Below are positions 10,628 through 20,479 of a stretch of DNA of 44,366 nucleotides, one piece after another. Numbering within the stretch: the first letter of the stretch is position 1; every line of letters starts with the position of its first letter. The stretch lies in contig JBNGIO010005803.1 of NCBI GenBank assembly GCA_049999805.1, forward strand, positions 1-44,366. The letters are read 5' to 3'. A program made the position numbers and the translations under genes. Source of the stretch: Folioceros fuciformis. Lineage: Eukaryota. Under the pieces are notes generated by a model, which was not told the DNA's origin, did no database searches, and worked only from the letters and a program-made list of their open reading frames with translations.

Positions 10628-11830
10628 AAGTAGGATCCTGTGGAACAGATCAGTATCGTGACACCATTTCGGCCGGATACCTCATAGGTATGAACAAATT
10701 TTGAATGTGAGATTGTAGATTATGACAATACATCGATTTCGGATACGGATTGAGGTCTCCCCAATCAAACACAGCATGCGATCCTACCCCCACAGTCACA
10801 CCAGGGGAAATCGACTCAATCCAAGTGGCGCAGGTTTTGCAGCAGGCATGACGTACGGCAAGGACCATCAAACTGTGGAGCTGTCGCCTGGTCATTTGAG
10901 GGTAGTGACTGCCTGCTGGATTTCTTCAGCCTTTGTCAGGAGCCGGAATCAGTGGCCATCAACCAGATGGTACAGAGGAGCACAAGATGCTGTGTCTCAA
11001 TCCCCGAGGTGATTAATGCTCTGGCATGTACGGCTGTCTCACTGGCCTCTCACAATGTCCGTGACGGGGCCCCCTTACTTTCAGCACAAGGTGAAGCCCA
11101 TCCGAGGGCAGCACCAGGGCAAATCGCGCGGCGTAGCACCATCGCCGTCGTCGTGTAGCATGCTGGCGGCCACCGACTTCCAGGAGATGCGCAAGCCGGC
11201 TTGGGTGCTGAGACATCCACGAATAATGCACACTCTGGCTGCTGAATCCGCTCGGTCCTCGGTCCGACACACAGTGAGGATGATCACGTTCGGTTGGTCG
11301 GAAATGAAAAAAGAAATGGAGAACTGGGGCATCCGAAATGGCATGTCCAGACAAGAGCAGGATTGAACACCTGACTGTCGTGCTCGTACTGGACGCACCT
11401 TACATGGCCCATCCTTTGCAGACATGACGTCGGTAGCCCCTACCAACAGAAGTGCCGTGCGCAGCAGACTATGATATAAGCAGCTCCTGTGCCGAAGACA
11501 GCCTGGGCCAATATCTCACTCCGCCTCGTCTCTTGCTGTCCGTCATACGTGCATGCATCAAGCTCCTCGAGTGTTCACATCCGCTGATGCAGGTGGAGCC
11601 TGCTCGTGCCGCCTTGATAAAGGACCCTCACGTCTGCTGCAGTCGGTCTCAAAACCCTCTCCTCCTGCTTCCGGTAAGCAAGAGTGTCAAGGAAGTGCTA
11701 AGCTTCTTGGCCAACCCCATGGCCTCTGCTGCAGGCTGGTTCTTGAAATTGAGGATGAAAGGGTTTGTGAAGCAATCCTTGATGCTTGCTTGAAACAGTA
11801 AGCTTGCCAGCGCCAGCGAGTCAGCTCTGC

Positions 11831-12202
11831 ATGTCCATGGCGGAGTACTACGCACCCGAGAGACCGCCTCCTCCTGCGCCATGGATGCCTCTCTTCTTCC
11901 TAGCCGTGCTGGCCTCCATTTGGGCTCTCCCACTGTGGCTCCACTTCCAACCGCTGCTCACGTTGGCTGTTAAACAGTTCGGCACGTTGGTGAGCCTGCT
12001 CGTGCCTGTCATGCTGGCGCTTCTTCTCTACTGGAACTATGCTCCACGCCATAACCAGCACTTGGAGTATCCCAACTCCACGCAGGGCAGTCGTGTCACC
12101 TACCATGGCTCCCACGCAGGCTTCATCGATATCTCTAGCTGGCTCATCGTCGTCATGCTCGTCCTCTTCTTTCTGCTCAACACCACAGCTCGTACCATCT
12201 AA
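11831..12202 (+). CDS. Small intronless membrane protein (~120 aa, three hydrophobic segments), function unknown
   Basis: First ATGs at 11831/11837; GC-rich coding-like sequence; Pro-rich N-terminus followed by hydrophobic stretches WMPLFFLAVLASIWALPLW, LVSLLVPVMLALLLYW and SWLIVVMLVLFFLL. Confidence 0.6.
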   Translation: MSMAEYYAPERPPPPAPWMPLFFLAVLASIWALPLWLHFQPLLTLAVKQFGTLVSLLVPVMLALLLYWNYAPRHNQHLEYPNSTQGSRVTYHGSHAGFIDISSWLIVVMLVLFFLLNTTARTI

Positions 12203-13097
12203 GCAGGGAACTTTGCGAGCTCGTCAGACTTTGCACCAGGTCTCCCGGTGGAAGAACCTTGGCAATGGTAGGCTGAGAGCCGGGACTTGGAAGCCCGACC
12301 TTCATGCGTCCCAATTCAAACAACCCGACTGGAAGTGTGTGACGACACTTCCTGCCTCGCATTTCACCTAACTCTCTTTTAGCTAGGAAAGTAGAGTCTA
12401 GACTGGGCTTTGCAACATACGTCTTGGTAGCTCACTTTACAATAAGTTATAGCTCCTCTTTCAGGGAAAGATTAGTCATGTAATCGTCATAAGTTAACGT
12501 GTACGTGTGTGTGGATAATGGTGTATGGCACGATTAATCAGGCTACATAATAAACACATGTCAGTATCTTAAAGAGGGTTAACAGACTAGCCTGAAAAGG
12601 CTTAAGATAATGACTTGTGCCACGCTCAAGAAACCATACAAGGAAGCGAAGATGAGCAAGCGATGAATTACAGGGGACAAAGACGGTGATAATCACCAGA
12701 AATCGGCCCGAGCACTCTGGACGAGTGTGACAAACAGGTGAGACGTAGGATGAAGCAAAAGGATTGCCATTGGTCAGAGTGGATCCATGTAGTACAGGAT
12801 ATGGTACACATGTCACCTTGCTAACTTGTCCTTCGTCAGGTTCTGTAGTGATGATGCACCAAGAACAGCGAAGCAAATACTATTGGCATTTTCTGTTCCA
12901 GAATGGACCTCGCCGGGAGATCGTGGACCTCAGTCTACAGTAAAGCACAGGAAAGGGAAGTGCCTTGGAGAACATCAACACTTGACTGATTCGTGGAGAC
13001 TGCGAGTATTCAAGGGGAAGTATGTCCAGACTGCGGACTTCTCCACAATGCCGGCAGGGTGAATGGAAGCACGTGCCAAGGTCACCATTCTTCGTTC

Positions 13098-16000
13098 TCA
13101 GGGTCGGCCCTTACAACTGCAACAACCTGCTTCGAATCGATGCACACGGTACCCATCTCTTACAACGATGTCCCTCTGCTCAACCCTTGACATGATCTCG
13201 GTAGACCTGTGGCAGTCACTACACATGCGTAGATTCTTCGTCACCACTAAAGGTGTGCCACTCGGAGTGTTCAAGAGACCAAACGCCAGAGCTAGCTTCT
13301 CAGCATGCCCACAAAGCGCATCTTCCTTTTCCTTCTCAGACAGTGGCTTCAAAACCAACTTCGTGTGTGGAACGTGTCCTCCTTCCTGCTTCAGACGTGC
13401 ATTTGTGCTCTCTACTTGGAGAGCCAGATCATCTCTTCGTTCTCCCACCACAAATGTGTGTACCTGCTCCTTCACCTCAATGCCCGCCACGGCAGGTTTT
13501 TTGTTGGCTCCTGCTACTATTCTCTGTCTTTCGATCCTATCTACATCGGCCCACCTACCTGCATCCGCATACGCATTGGCCATGAGCACATATGGGGACG
13601 CACTCTGAGGCTCCAGCCTTACAAGACTTTCAAAACACTTTGTCGCCCTCTTTAAATCTCCGTGACTTTTGCAGGCATTCAGCAAAGACATAAACCCCAC
13701 AACATTGCTTTGGCTTTCACATGACAATAGCGTGCTCTCTGCCTCATCTAAATGGCCTGCACGCCCAAGAAGATCAATCATGCAATTGTAATGCTCGACA
13801 GTGGGTTTGATGCCATGCTGTTCAAACATGGAATCAAAGTACTTACGACCCTCGTTCACCAGTCCTGCATGACTGCATGCTACCAAAAGGCAAGTGAAAG
13901 TTGCATCATCAGGCTGGATGCCATCGACCAACATCTCCTCAAAGCAAGCTAGTGCGCTGTGCCCCTCATCACAAGTACCACACCCAGCTATCAGGACATT
14001 CCATGTCACCACATTTTTTGTCGCCAAGTTGTCAAAGACTCTGCGCGCGTCTTTAAGTTTGCCACATTTTGCATACATGTCCACCAGGCAAGTGCCCACA
14101 AGTGTGTTATCCAGCAGTCCTATTTCCACAATCTGAGAGTGCAGCTGCCTACCTTTCTCTAAGGCACCAGCAGTGGCACAGGCCTTGAGAACGCAGGCAA
14201 AAGTAACATGGTTACCAACAATAAGGCCTTCCTGCTCCATTTGGTCGTAGACAACAAGCGCCTCTTGCCCAAGCCCCTGATTTGCATACCCAGCTATAAG
14301 AGACGTCCATGTCACCACATCCTTTGTGGCCAAGCTGTCAAACACCCTGCGTGCGTCTTCCAGTTCGCCACATTTTGCGTACATGTCCACCAAACAGTTG
14401 GCCACCAGTCTGTTATCTAGCTGTCCTCTTTCCACGATCTGTGAGTGCAGCTCTCTGCCCTTCTGCAAGGCACCTGAGCTTGCGCAGGCCTTCAGAAGGC
14501 AAGCAAAGGTTACATGGTTACTGACGATAAGCCCTTCCTCCTCCATTTGTTCGTGTAGTTTGAGTGCGTCTTCTCCAAGTCCATGGTTCGCATACCCAGC
14601 TATCAGGGACGTCCATGTCACCACATCCTTTATAGCCAAGTTTTCAAATACCTTGCGTGAATCCCCCAGCTCGCCACATTTTGCGTACATGTCCACCAGG
14701 CAGTTGCCCACCAATAAGTTATCCAGCTGTCCTCTCTCCACAATCTGCGAATGGAGCTGCCTTCCCTTCTGCAAGGCACCAGCGCTTGCACAGGCCTTCA
14801 GAAGGCAAGCGAAAGTAACATGGTTACAAACCATCCAGCCCTCCTGCTCCATTTTCTCGTACAGAAAAAGTGCCTCCTGACCAAGACCTTGCTGTGCATA
14901 CCCAGCAATCAGAGCCGTCCATGTCACAACATCCTTTTTGGTGAGGCTGTCAAAAACGCGACGTGCATCTTCCAATTCGCCACACTTTACATACATGTCC
15001 ACCAGGCAAGTGCCCACAAGCACGCTATCTAGCTGTCCTCTATCTACAATCTGTGAATGCAGCTGCCTGCCCTTTCGTAAGTCAGCAGCACTTGCACACG
15101 CCTTCAGAAGGCAAGCAAAAGTTACGTGGTTTCCCACAATAAGGCCCTCCTCCTCCATTTGTCCATACAGAACAAGCGCCTCCTGGCCGAGGCCATGATC
15201 TGCATAGCCAGCAATCAGGGCCGTCCATGTCACCACATCCTTGGTAACCAAGCTTTCAAAAACCCTGCGTGCATCTTGCAGTTCACCGCACTTTGCATAC
15301 ATGTCCACGAGGCAGTTGCCGATGAACACGTTAGGAGGAATGCCACTGTGCACAACATCGCTGTGAACTCTTCTCCCAGATTTCAAGTCCACCGCAGCTG
15401 CACATGCTTGAAGGGCTGCTACAAAGACATGAGCATCCGCCTTCACACCCGAGCTTCGCATCGCATGGTACAGTTCGATGGCCTCGCGGGGTTTCCCATG
15501 TCTGGCATGAGCAGAGATTATGGAAAACAACATAAAGGCATCTGGTTTGCCATTCCTGATGAACACATCCATGGCCTCTTCTAGTCTACCTCCATACGCA
15601 TACATGCGCAAGATATGGTTCCCCAAAAATGTACTCGATTCGTAACCATGTTCAACAATGAGATCATGAACTCGTCGCCCCGCAACCAGATCCTTCCTAC
15701 CTGCGCACAGTTTTAGCACAGCATAGAACAGAGACTCAGATATAGGACGGTCGGTTTGGGCCAGACATTCCAGGGCCCCCACGGCCTCAGTGAGCTTCCC
15801 CTGCTCACATAACGAGCCCACGATTACAGGCGTGACGACGCCCGTTCTTGATCCTGCACACCTACCAGCCCCAGGCTTATCCGGAGGTCTCGACGTGGAA
15901 GGAGATGTGCCGTCATCCACCTGCATATCCAAGGAAACCAGCTGCTTATCCACCCAAGCTGGCTTGAACATGCTGTTTAACCAGAGGAGCTCACCAGACC

Positions 16001-16316
16001 CTTTACGTCGGAAGTCAGGCGAACCAGAGCTCTTCTTATCTCGCCTGTTATCCCACCACATTGCAGGGTCCAGAAAGAACTGTCGCCACAGCAGCTCCTG
16101 TTCCTGCTCATTGCGGCTACCGTGGCTGGAAAATCCGTCCGCGGCAGCCCAATCTGTCGCAAGTGTTGTGTCCCTTACACTGTTGCACCTGGAGGACTGG
16201 TAGCTTGCCAGAGCTTGACTACCATAAGTGAGATGGGTGGGAGCTCGTGGTAGAAGCCCAGTAGCTCCACCGATTTGCTGGGTCCGCAACGGATCCAATT
16301 GCGATACGTTGCCCAT
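13098..16316 (-). CDS. PLS-class PPR protein with DYW:KP (GRP) domain
   Basis: Intronless ORF. The track start at 16352 is a TTG; the ATG at 16316 (MGNVSQLDPL) aligns with paralogue starts. Four triplets; KKPAVAGIEV, HAEKLA, CSDCH, ends CSCKGRP. Confidence 0.95.
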   Translation of the reverse strand: MGNVSQLDPLRTQQIGGATGLLPRAPTHLTYGSQALASYQSSRCNSVRDTTLATDWAAADGFSSHGSRNEQEQELLWRQFFLDPAMWWDNRRDKKSSGSPDFRRKGSGELLWLNSMFKPAWVDKQLVSLDMQVDDGTSPSTSRPPDKPGAGRCAGSRTGVVTPVIVGSLCEQGKLTEAVGALECLAQTDRPISESLFYAVLKLCAGRKDLVAGRRVHDLIVEHGYESSTFLGNHILRMYAYGGRLEEAMDVFIRNGKPDAFMLFSIISAHARHGKPREAIELYHAMRSSGVKADAHVFVAALQACAAAVDLKSGRRVHSDVVHSGIPPNVFIGNCLVDMYAKCGELQDARRVFESLVTKDVVTWTALIAGYADHGLGQEALVLYGQMEEEGLIVGNHVTFACLLKACASAADLRKGRQLHSQIVDRGQLDSVLVGTCLVDMYVKCGELEDARRVFDSLTKKDVVTWTALIAGYAQQGLGQEALFLYEKMEQEGWMVCNHVTFACLLKACASAGALQKGRQLHSQIVERGQLDNLLVGNCLVDMYAKCGELGDSRKVFENLAIKDVVTWTSLIAGYANHGLGEDALKLHEQMEEEGLIVSNHVTFACLLKACASSGALQKGRELHSQIVERGQLDNRLVANCLVDMYAKCGELEDARRVFDSLATKDVVTWTSLIAGYANQGLGQEALVVYDQMEQEGLIVGNHVTFACVLKACATAGALEKGRQLHSQIVEIGLLDNTLVGTCLVDMYAKCGKLKDARRVFDNLATKNVVTWNVLIAGCGTCDEGHSALACFEEMLVDGIQPDDATFTCLLVACSHAGLVNEGRKYFDSMFEQHGIKPTVEHYNCMIDLLGRAGHLDEAESTLLSCESQSNVVGFMSLLNACKSHGDLKRATKCFESLVRLEPQSASPYVLMANAYADAGRWADVDRIERQRIVAGANKKPAVAGIEVKEQVHTFVVGERRDDLALQVESTNARLKQEGGHVPHTKLVLKPLSEKEKEDALCGHAEKLALAFGLLNTPSGTPLVVTKNLRMCSDCHRSTEIMSRVEQRDIVVRDGYRVHRFEAGCCSCKGRP

Positions 16317-16972
16317 CGTCGGGGCACCACAGTCGATATCTGAGACGCACAAGAAACTGTGCCAACGTTAGCAGGATGCTTAGGTCCGATGCTTGAGCGC
16401 ACCATGCTTAGCAAGCGCAGTGCAGACGGCTTGCCTATAACCAGGAAACCACACCAGCAACGACACACTCACGACGGGCGACAACAGCATGACTAGGCGG
16501 AGGTTGTCAAGGTTCATCCGCAAGCAAGGATCGGGAGGGGATGGGATTGTGATGCTTTCTGTTCCTGGACAAACAAATGCCAAAAATGTACATCATGGTG
16601 TGCTGAGAGGGCAGACTTGGCCTTCAGTTTACGACGCGTAACGACCACGAGTTCATGTGCCCTCTGTGAGACCTGGGTACGAGTCAAAGAAAATGCATCA
16701 CTTGGGGAATCATATCTTGCTTTGTCCTCCTTGTCACCCGCAATGGGACATACGAAGAGTGGAGGCTCGTGTCGAGGTACCCCAAGATGGTACGGCAGGA
16801 GAAGCTTGTGGGGAGAATTACAGCCCGCGTTTTCGAATGAAGTTTCAGGCTTGAAGTCATCTCCAATGTGAGAATGGTTCCAGTGCAAATCCTCCAGTAC
16901 GTGTTCTGACTTGGTTTCTAGAAAGCAAGATTCCTGAGCCGCTCCAGACATCGAGATGGACATTCTGCACCA

Positions 16973-16990
16973 CCCCCCCCCCCCCCCCCC
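16973..16990. repeat. Poly-C homopolymer (18 nt)
   Basis: Uninterrupted C run in the intergenic region. Confidence 0.9.
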
Positions 16991-17575
16991 AGCTCGATGT
17001 CCAGCTGCTTTTTCCTCTGCGTGTGCTTGCCTCCAACGGTGCCGTAAAGTCTCATGTGTAGTCTTGTAATTATACTCCAGTGCCGATGATGGTCCCAGGC
17101 TTCCAAGAGGCGGAAATGTAGCTTCGCTTGCCGGGAATGTCTACAGTCAACACTTCAACAATGCAAAGGTAGACTTTCTTCGGCAACTTCCATGCTTCTG
17201 TTTCAGCTTTGGGGAATATGCAGCACATTGCAACCACTCACGACTTCGGTGCTTTTGCGTCATCTGGGCATGTCCAACACGCTGCACTAGCATAGCCCTA
17301 TTCTCCGGCGCACCTTGCTGCTGCTACTGGTTTTCTTGCGGACTGAGCTGCCCTGTCAGGCTTGGCACCTCCACCCTACACAAAGATGGCTCAATATGTT
17401 GAACCAAAGAAAAAAGGCGGCATACTGTTCCTAGAAACGATACCATGAAAACCATTGCATTGGCACAGTCAAGACGCCCACCTTCGATTCCAACTGACAG
17501 CTGATTCTTCACCCTACTCCCGACTGCAACATTTCACAAGCTGGGCATTCGCTAGCTCTTCCTTCTTCTCAAGGC

Positions 17576-20479
17576 TCAAGGTCGACCTTTGCAAGTGCAG
17601 CGACCCCCTGCAAATCGATGCACCCGGTACCCATCCCTCACAACAATGTCTCTCTTTTCAACCCTTGACATTATCTCAGTGGAACTGTGGCAGTCACTGC
17701 ACATGCGGAGATTCTTCGTTACCACCAGAGGTGTGCCACTAGGGGTGTTCAAGAGACCAAACGCCAGAGCTAGCTTCTCAGCATGCCCACAAAGCGCATC
17801 TTCCTTTTCCTTCTCAGACAGTGGCTTCAAAACCAACTTCGTGTGTGGTACGTGGCCCCCTTCCTGTTTCAGACGTGTACTTGTGCTCTCTGCTTGAAGA
17901 GCAAGATCGTCTCTGTTCTCTCCTACCACAAATGTATGTACCTGCTTGTTCACCTCAATGCCCGCCACGGCAGGTTTTTTGTTGGCTCCGGCTACTATTC
18001 TCTGTCTTTCAATCCTATCTACATCGGTCCACCTACCTGCATCTGCATATGCATTGGCCATGAGCACATATGGGGATGCACTCTGAGGCTCCAGTCTAAC
18101 GAGCCTTTCAAAACACCACCTCGCCCTCTCTAGATCTCCATGATTTTTGCAGGCAGTCAGCAAAGATGTAAACCCCACAACATTGCTTTGGCTCTCGCAT
18201 GATAATAGCATGTTCTCTGCCTCATCCAAATGGCCTGCACGCCCAAGGAGATCAACCATGCAATTGTAGTGCTCCACGGTAGGTTTGACTCCATGCTGTT
18301 CAACCATGGAATCGAAATACTGGCGACCCTCTTTCACCAGACCCTCGTGACTGCAAGCTAGTAAAAGGCAAGTAAAGGTAGCATCATCAGGCTGAACACC
18401 AGCAGATAACATATCTTCAAAACAAGATACTGCGTTGTGACCTTCATCACAAGTACCACACCCACCTATAAGGGCATTCCATGTGACCACGTTCTTTGTG
18501 ACCAAGCTGTCAAAAACCTGGCGAGCATCCTCTAATTCTCCACATTTTGCATACATGTCCACCAGACCAGTGCCCACAATGATGTTATTATCTAACTGTC
18601 CTCTTTCCACAATCTGTGAGTGCAGCTGCCTGCCCTTCTGTAAGGCACCAGCACTAGCACAGGCCTTCAGGAGGCAAGCAAAAGTGACATGGTTCGCTAC
18701 AACCAGGCCCTCCTCCTCCATTTGTCCGTACAGAGCAAGCGCCTCTTGGCCGAGCCCATGCTGTGCATATCCAGAAATCAGGGTATTCCATGTCACCACA
18801 TCTTTTGTGCCTAAGCTGGCGAAAACCTGGCGTGCATCAGCCAGTTCGCCAAATTTTGCATACATATCCACCAAGCAGTTACCCACAAGTATTTTACCAA
18901 GCTGTCCTCGTTCAACAATCTTTAAATGCAGCTGCCTGCCCTTATTCACAGCACCCGCGTTTGCACAGGCCTTCAGAAGACAAGCAAAAGTAACCTCGTC
19001 CGCCACAATCAGGCCCTCCTGCTCCATTTCTTCGTACAACACGAGCGCCTGTTGGCCGTAACCTTGCTGCGCAAACCCAGCAATCAAGGTCGTCCATGTC
19101 ACTACATCCTTCACGGGCATGTTGTCAAAAACCTGGCGTGCATCTTCCAGTTCACCACATTTTACATACATGTCCACGAGTGAGTTGCCTACAAGTACGT
19201 TATCTACCTGTCCACTGTCTACGACCTGTGAGTGCAGCTGCCTGCCCTTCTGTAAGGCACCAGCGCTCCCACAGGCCTTCAGAAGGCAAGCGAAAGTAAC
19301 ATGGTTGCCCACAATCAGGCCTTCCTCCTCCATTTGACCATACAGGACAAGTGCCACTTGGCCCAGACCATGATTAGCGTATCCACATATCAGGGCCGTC
19401 CATGTGACAACATCCTTAGTGACCAAGCTGTCAAAAACCCTGCGTGCATCTTCCAGTTCGCCGCATTTCGCATACATGTCCACCAGGCAGTTGCCGACAA
19501 ACAAGTTAGGGGGGATGCCACTAGCCAAGAGATCATGGTGCACCTTCCTGCCAGATTCCAAGTCCGTGGCAAATGCACAAGCTTGAAGGGCTGCCACAAA
19601 GACGTGAGCATCTGCCTTCAGACCTGACATACGCATCTCATGGTAGAGTTGTATGGCTCGAACAGGTTTCCCGTGCTTAGCATGAGCGGAGATGATGGAA
19701 AACCACATGAAGACATTTGGTCTGCCAACCCTGGTGAACACATCCATGGCCTCCTGTAGCCTACCTCCATACGCATACATCCGCAATAAGTGGTTCCCCA
19801 CATAGGCATTTGACTCGTACCCAAGTTTGACAGTGAGATCATGGACTCTCCGCCCCACAGCCACGTCCTTCTTAGCTGCACACAGTTTCAGCACAGTGTA
19901 TAAGAGAGTTTGGGGAACAGGACAGTTCGCCTGCGCCAGAGAGTCCAGGGCCCCTACGGCCTCAGCAAGCTTCCCCTGCCGACAGAAATTTCTCACGGTC
20001 ACTGCCGTCACGATGCCCGTTTCCAGTTCCGCACTCCTGCTAAGCTCACAAGCATCCAGAGAATGGAGCCCGGAAGGAGAGTCACCTTGACCCAGATGCA
20101 TATCCAAACTAACGAGATGCTCATCCACCCAAGGCGGCTTGAACACGCTGTTTAACCAGAGAACCTCGTCGGACCCCTTACGCCGGAAGTCAGGCGACCG
20201 AGCGCTCTTCTTACTTCGCCTGTTATCCCACCACATGCCAGGGTGCAGGAAAAGTTGCCGCCACAAGATCTCCTGCTCCTGCTCCTGCTCCTGCTCCAGC
20301 CCCTGGCGACCACCATCGCTAGAAAACCTTCCCCCGGCTACCCACTTGCTCGGAGGTCCTGAGTTTCCCAGACTGCTGCGACTGGAGGATTGCGTGTTTG
20401 CTAGAGTTCCTGCTACAGTCTCTGTGCATCCACCAATGTGTTGGGTCCACACCGGACTTGGTTGCCATAGTCTGGCCAT
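17576..20479 (-). CDS. PLS-class PPR protein with DYW:KP (GRP) domain
   Basis: 967-aa intronless ORF starting MARLWQP; three triplets; KKPAVAGIEV, HAEKLA, CSDCH, ends CTCKGRP. Confidence 0.95.
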   Translation of the reverse strand: MARLWQPSPVWTQHIGGCTETVAGTLANTQSSSRSSLGNSGPPSKWVAGGRFSSDGGRQGLEQEQEQEQEILWRQLFLHPGMWWDNRRSKKSARSPDFRRKGSDEVLWLNSVFKPPWVDEHLVSLDMHLGQGDSPSGLHSLDACELSRSAELETGIVTAVTVRNFCRQGKLAEAVGALDSLAQANCPVPQTLLYTVLKLCAAKKDVAVGRRVHDLTVKLGYESNAYVGNHLLRMYAYGGRLQEAMDVFTRVGRPNVFMWFSIISAHAKHGKPVRAIQLYHEMRMSGLKADAHVFVAALQACAFATDLESGRKVHHDLLASGIPPNLFVGNCLVDMYAKCGELEDARRVFDSLVTKDVVTWTALICGYANHGLGQVALVLYGQMEEEGLIVGNHVTFACLLKACGSAGALQKGRQLHSQVVDSGQVDNVLVGNSLVDMYVKCGELEDARQVFDNMPVKDVVTWTTLIAGFAQQGYGQQALVLYEEMEQEGLIVADEVTFACLLKACANAGAVNKGRQLHLKIVERGQLGKILVGNCLVDMYAKFGELADARQVFASLGTKDVVTWNTLISGYAQHGLGQEALALYGQMEEEGLVVANHVTFACLLKACASAGALQKGRQLHSQIVERGQLDNNIIVGTGLVDMYAKCGELEDARQVFDSLVTKNVVTWNALIGGCGTCDEGHNAVSCFEDMLSAGVQPDDATFTCLLLACSHEGLVKEGRQYFDSMVEQHGVKPTVEHYNCMVDLLGRAGHLDEAENMLLSCESQSNVVGFTSLLTACKNHGDLERARWCFERLVRLEPQSASPYVLMANAYADAGRWTDVDRIERQRIVAGANKKPAVAGIEVNKQVHTFVVGENRDDLALQAESTSTRLKQEGGHVPHTKLVLKPLSEKEKEDALCGHAEKLALAFGLLNTPSGTPLVVTKNLRMCSDCHSSTEIMSRVEKRDIVVRDGYRVHRFAGGRCTCKGRP

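Noticed and set aside
10650-11800. Several overlapping 80-120 aa ORFs on both strands
   Set aside because: No recognisable motifs or consistent exon structure; cannot support a gene call.
16317-16352. ORF-track N-terminal extensions (also 11786, 24290, 33418)
   Set aside because: They start at TTG/GTG codons; the downstream ATGs match homologue starts or are the first ATG in frame in this eukaryotic context.
16380-17260. 149-aa ORF (16514-16963) and neighbours around the poly-C run, possibly a decayed gene
   Set aside because: No family similarity recognised in any frame; left unannotated.
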